Source: Ginglymostoma cirratum (Eukaryota). From it: a DNA stretch of 64,000 nt. Each line of letters begins with the position of its first letter. Within the stretch, counting starts at the first letter, position 1. Shown piece by piece: positions 58,221 to 64,000 of this stretch. Below the pieces are notes generated by a model, which was given only the letters and a program-made list of their open reading frames with translations, did not search any database and had not been told where the DNA came from. The position numbers and the translations under genes were made by a program. The stretch lies in the NCBI GenBank assembly GCA_024137785.1, contig JAHRHZ010000062.1, forward strand, positions 21,859,095 through 21,923,094, read 5' to 3'.

Positions 58221-61200
58221 GTTGTCGTATCAATGTGAGCAATAAGATGTCAACTAGTCTTGAGCGGAGAAATCCACCTGCCAGAAAAGAAGCAAGCAAT
58301 TTAACATAACAAGTAGAAATATTTCTCTCGCCGAGATAACGTCTTCCCACCCCAAGTACAGAACACTTAATTTTTCAACAAACCAGACAAATTCTGAAGT
58401 CTCAGTTAGCAAATCAGGACAAATAGTGCTTGCTACATTCGCCATGTTTCAGGCATCCTGCGCAAGATGCAAAGCATTTCACCCTTTGTTAATTCCAGGG
58501 GAATAAATTGCCCAATGACTTGGAGTATCAGTAGGATCTCCAGAGCTCAGCTATTTCTGCCTGAAATAACAGAAAAGTTGCCACTGAAGCATTTTAAACT
58601 TTGAAACTAACAGCAATGTAAATGACTAACACTCATTTCACTTTGGCCAATATCAGCAACTTTTTAAAGCAGCAGACTGGCTTATTAAAAATGCCTGTTT
58701 TGAATTGTAGGCATTTGAAGTGGTAAGGACTGCACTGAAGAGAAAATTCTGAATAACATACAAGATCTCTGTACACACCAAAATATAACTGTTCAAGATC
58801 TGAGCAAGGCTGGGGGGTCTCCATTTATTGCCTATCCCTAGTTGGGGAGAGAATTGCAAGTTAACCACAAAGGAGTTTGTCCAAGTACATCTTTTGCTTC
58901 CAGATACCTGCTTATCCACTGCATATTCCAGCATTTTGTTTTACTTCCAATTTCCAATACTGATGGAGTTTGAAACTGATGCATTTATTTATTTTAAAAA
59001 GCAGTTTTGTAAAACAAGTCCAGTTAGCTACAAGTCCACTTCATATTTTGTAATAATTTGTTCAGAATGCCAAATATTAATATATATTGCTTATACATCA
59101 GTTTCGTTCATAACATTCATCCATTTATCAGATGTTAAACAAATATCCCACTTGATCTGAGGCGGACACAAAGGAATATACGTCACAACTCAAGAGAGTT
59201 CTTCCTCGTTTCCTGGTTAATATTTAACATTCAAACATCATCAGGACAGATAATCTGGCCAATATCATGTCGCATTTGTAGGCCCTTGCTGTGTGTAACT
59301 GGTTGCCGCATTTACTACAGTATAACAGTGAATGCATTTCAAAAACACTTCAGTGAATTTAGGAAATTATGGTTTTGAAAGGGATTAAGTAACAAATTGC
59401 TTTTTTAAAAAAAAAAAGAAAAAATTAACCTCAAGTCAGAATGTCTCTGCTTGGGGTCCCTCTAGTCTGGGCAGGAAGAAACATTTTCCCTTGGTGAAGG
59501 GATCAATGCCCACTAGCATAGATTTAAGGCAAGGGACACAAGGTTTAGAGGGGATGTGAGGAAATTCTTTTCCACCCAGAGGGTGGTGGAATTCTGGAAC
59601 ACACTCCCTGGAAGGGTGTTGAAGCAAGACCCTTTCACAACATTGAAGAAGTATTGAGATGCATACTTATGATACCAAGGCATACAGGGCTATGGGTCAA
59701 GTGCTGGAAAATGACACTAGAATAGTCAGGTGGTTGTTTCTGATTGGTATAGGGCCTTTTAATGACTATAGCCCATATTCAGTTCCTCATGCCATCAAAA
59801 GGTATCATTCCACCACTCAAACGAGAGTACAGCGTCCTCTTGATACCTCAGCCCATAAAAACCTATACCCCCAAATCCAATTAACTGCTTCTGGGATCTT
59901 AACAGTGTATATAACCTGGCTGTCAATATTTTCCTACAGAGGTAACTGTACTTAAAATGCAAAACTGATTCCACCATTGCTCCATGGTCACAATGCAATA
60001 AAAAAAAAAGCTGCCATATAAATCCAATTCTCTCTAGTAAAGAGAATGCTGAGGACAGCAATAGGATCTTTAAAAGTGTTTGATATGACAAATATGCAGA
60101 TGACATTACTTTAGAAGGAATCCAAAACAATAAGATATGGTAATTACTGAAGAATCCATGAAGAAATTCAGGGAAAACCTCTGTACCCAGACAGTGGTAA
60201 TAATGTAGAACTCACAATCATGTGAGTAGCTAAAGAAGTGAACAGTACCCATGCATTTCAAGAACATAGAGAATTTTGCCAGAGGAAGTGCTGAATGCAG
60301 GTACAGTTGCAACATTTAAAAGACATTTGGCCAAGTACATGAATAGGGAAGGTTGGGAGGGATGTGGGTCAAATGCAGGCAAGTGGGACCAGTTTGGTTT
60401 CGGAACATGGTTGGTGTAGACTAGTTGGACTAAAGGGTCTGTTGCCATGCTGTAAGTACAGTCAGTTTCACACAAGAAGAAAGGAAAAGAAAGGTATGAA
60501 CGTGGCTTCTGTGAAATGCAAGCACAGACACATCGGTTGAATGGTTCATTTCTGCGCTGCAAATTACGCAACTACGTAATTCCACATAAAAATATCCTCC
60601 CAAAAAAACAAAACAAAGAATAGCAGATGCTGGAAATCTGTGGAGAAAAAGCACAGTTAATATTTAGGATTCAGTAACCCTTCCTCAGAAGTTTCGCTGG
60701 TCCCAAAAGTTTAAACTGGCGAGCATGGTCAACTCTAAGACTATAACTCACTTTGCCATAACAAAACATATGTATGCAGATGACAATATCAAATGTGGAA
60801 TTATTCACAGCAAATCTAGCAACACATTGGAAATAACAGGACAGTTATACCACAACATACAAATCATCATTTAATTTCAAGATATAGTTGTGCTCAAGCT
60901 GGTCAGTTCCTTTGGGCCACAAAATCCCATTAAGATAATCAGCAAGGTTTTAAGGTTAATTAAAGATTAATTATTGCTTAAAGTTTACACATTGACAGGT
61001 GTCAATGAAATCCTAAATTCCTATGAAGAATTTTGCATTTTTTTTTTCACTTGTACCATCTGAAGTGTATTGGATTCAAAGCTGTGTACTGCTGACAGAC
61101 AGGGTATAGTGCAATGCTTCAGGATTGTTAGGTTATTACGTGCAAATTTGGATACATTACTCACAAGTAAGGCACTAAAATGTTAGTCATGGTAATCACT

Positions 61201-64000
61201 AATACAAAATGTACATACAGGTCTATCATGTCAATGCTTTCAAAGTCAGTAAAACATTAGGGGTAGTTTGGAATTTAACTGAAAATCAAGAACTGAAAAA
61301 CAGGAAGAGTACAATAAACTTATGCATAAGCATGTTGCTAATTAGACTATGAGAAGTTGGGGACAAAAACATAATAAGTATGCTATGGTACAAGACTAAG
61401 TATTCTGATAAATCAAAGATACTTGATTATCAATATGAGCAGAGCAAGCTATATGTCATTCCTAATATAGATTATGGCACATCTCATTGCAATCCAGAGC
61501 AAATTACAACTACAGATTCTTCAAACACAAAGAGTAACAGAATATACTATTGGAACAGTCGTCATTTCAGCAGGAACACTGCACGTACATCAAGTTGTCA
61601 AGGTTAAGCCTAAACAGGAAGATGGCCAAACAACAGTCTCGAAGAAGGATATGGGTTGAAAGCTTGCTGTAGACAAATTGTAGGTGAATTTAATATTGAT
61701 GAATCATAGATATCCGAAAGTGGTGTTAACTGCAGCCAGAACTACAACACTGAAGATTAAAAAAAAACCCTCAGCCTGCACTCCTCCCCAAAATGCATGC
61801 TTATCCATAATTTACTTCTAGAAGGGAATTACATGATGAAAGGCAGAAGTGACCAAATTAGGGACAGATATCACTGAGTCAGTATGCACATTAAAGGATA
61901 AGGGGCAATGATGCACTACTAACACATACTGAGCCAGGTGGCTGACCATACAAATCTGGACATATTCCCATTATCTCTTGCTTCTTCAATCTCAAACTTA
62001 GTAATGCTTATGCAGGACAAATACAAACCAACCAATCACAGCGACTCTCGAGGCTCCCTAAGACTAGTGGTCTACGGGCAGGTCCAAAATACAAGACAAA
62101 GTATAATGCCTAAACCCAGGTCATATAACAGAAACAAGCCGAAACCCTCAATCCACTACTTGCGTGGCATCACACAACCAGACTGGCCGGCAAACTTGTG
62201 GCATGAATTGTCGCAAGTGGTAACAATAACAATGTAGTTTTGCATGCAAGATTTATAATACTGTTGGACTGAGAACGTAAAACTGCAGCATCAGATTTTC
62301 AAAAGTGAGGAGGCTGAAACAAAAGAAATCAGTCAAGTCTGATACTGGACATCAGGTCATTGGTCTCTCATCAAAAGCAGCACTGATTTTCCCATTAATC
62401 AAGCACAAAGGGAGATAATTTTAGTTTCTGGAGGCAGTTACCTGAGGAGTTCTTCAGGGCAGGGCCAACAGTCCAAACTGCTTCACCGATGACCTTCCCA
62501 CCATAAGACCAGAAGTCAGGATGCTCAGTGCTTACTGCAGAATTTTCAGTTCTATTTGCAGCCTAATTCCACTTGTCTCAGGGTGAACGGTGAAAGCAGA
62601 AGCCATGTCACGCAAGTATAAGGTATGGGCCATTTCCAGCAAGTGGGTGTCTAACTACCTCCATCTTGATATTCAGTGAGATTATCAAAGCCAGTTCCTT
62701 ACAAACATTCTGAGGGCTCATCACTGACCAGAAACTTAACTGGATGCAAAGCAAATATCATGCCTACAAGAGCAGGCCAGAGATTGGACAGTGTCTCACG
62801 TTTTACATTCATCAAAACCTTTCTACCATTTACAGACAAGTAAGTGATATGATGTAATACTCTTCACTCACCCTAGATGAGTGCTGCTTCAAGAAAATCC
62901 AAAGTTCTCCAGCATCCAAAATAAAGCTGTAGCAGTGCATACCATCCAGAAGATACACTGTAGCAACACACCAAGGTTCCTCCAACAGCACCCCCTCAAA
63001 CCTGCAACTTCTGTCTGCCAGAAGACAAGGGCAATAGATTCATGGGAACATTACAAGAAGTTATATCATCTTGACTTGGAGATTTATCACTGTGCCTCAA
63101 TAACTACAACCAGCAGACAATTTCACATGCCAATCACCACTTGATTGCACGAGTTTCTTCCATCATTTAAAACTTTGTCTGAAGCTTGTGCTCAATTCAG
63201 GATCAAGTAGTCGAATACTCTTACAATAGCCAAAGTCAGGTTGGCAAACATTTAACTTCAGCAGTCTTCTACCTATCAGAGGCTACACTAATAATCAATA
63301 TGTTTCACAATTTAAGAGAACTGTAATTTCAATGACAGGACGTTACGTTTGCACTACCCAAACCTTCAAAAACAGCAGGTTCAATGATATTGTTATGGTT
63401 CCAGAACAGCCCAACAATTTTACATCACAATCTGGTTGAGGACCAGTAACTTGCTCTTTATGTAGACAAAGTTTGAGATACAGATGCTAAGAGAATATAG
63501 CTATTGATCCCATAGTTTTGAGCAACAACAGTAAACTTTAATCTAAAAAAGTTAAAATATTAACATATACATGCACAAGTTAAATCCTGACATCCAAAAT
63601 TAACGAGGTAAATAGGAGAAACAGACAAACTGGGATCAAATGTCTCCCGGATTTCTCCTGAATCCCAACAGCCAAGAGCCTGCTTCCTTTGTGGAAGGAG
63701 ACTTTTCTCCCTGCTGCAACATACCTGATGACTGGCAGTCCAAAGGCAACAACCTTCTCCTCTGACTGACTCTGTTCAACTTCTAAAAATCTGTATCCAT
63801 CAAGCAGTTTTGATTGAACTATCGAGAAATCTCACAACAATCCCTGTCCCAAGGCAGTATTGAACATAGCCATCAATTTGGAATGTAGCAATCTCTTCGA
63901 ACTGTCTATTTGCTGAACATTACAAGTTTCACAAGTTGCTGGCTTGCACAATGAAAAAAGAAGTACCCAAAAAAATCATTTCATTGTTGGAAAGGAGAGT

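Noticed and set aside
58280-64000. FAR promoter / first exon
   Set aside because: No CpG island or convincing exon; the region is repeat-laden intron 1, and the promoter probably lies beyond the window.

Overview
Vertebrate genomic DNA, very probably a shark or other elasmobranch (inferred from HE1/V-SINE, Deu-domain SINEs, abundant CR1/L2 relics and Penelope-like elements). Two convergent multi-exon genes are present. (1) On the minus strand is a complete fatty acyl-CoA reductase coding sequence (FAR1-type, 11 coding exons, 58220->11436, 1548 nt = 515 aa + stop, all introns GT-AG). It carries two tandem 172-nt versions of exon 9 (39152-38981, mostly hidden under 144 N, and 36982-36811) that must be mutually exclusive. 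(2) On the plus strand are the last three exons of a divergent ERGIC2-like gene (1698-1860, 7199-7271, 8396-~8510), with an early TAA at 7246-7248. The introns hold several Penelope-like (GIY-YIG) retroelement copies whose terminal repeats contain minimal hammerhead ribozyme cores (intact at 6471-6498 + and 49291-49318 -), a palindromic derivative between the two exon-9 copies, and many decayed LINE/SINE/LTR fragments. No CRISPR, rRNA or tRNA genes were seen. The FAR first non-coding exon and promoter are not evident in the window. All homology calls are from recalled sequences, not database searches, and boundaries of decayed repeats are approximate.
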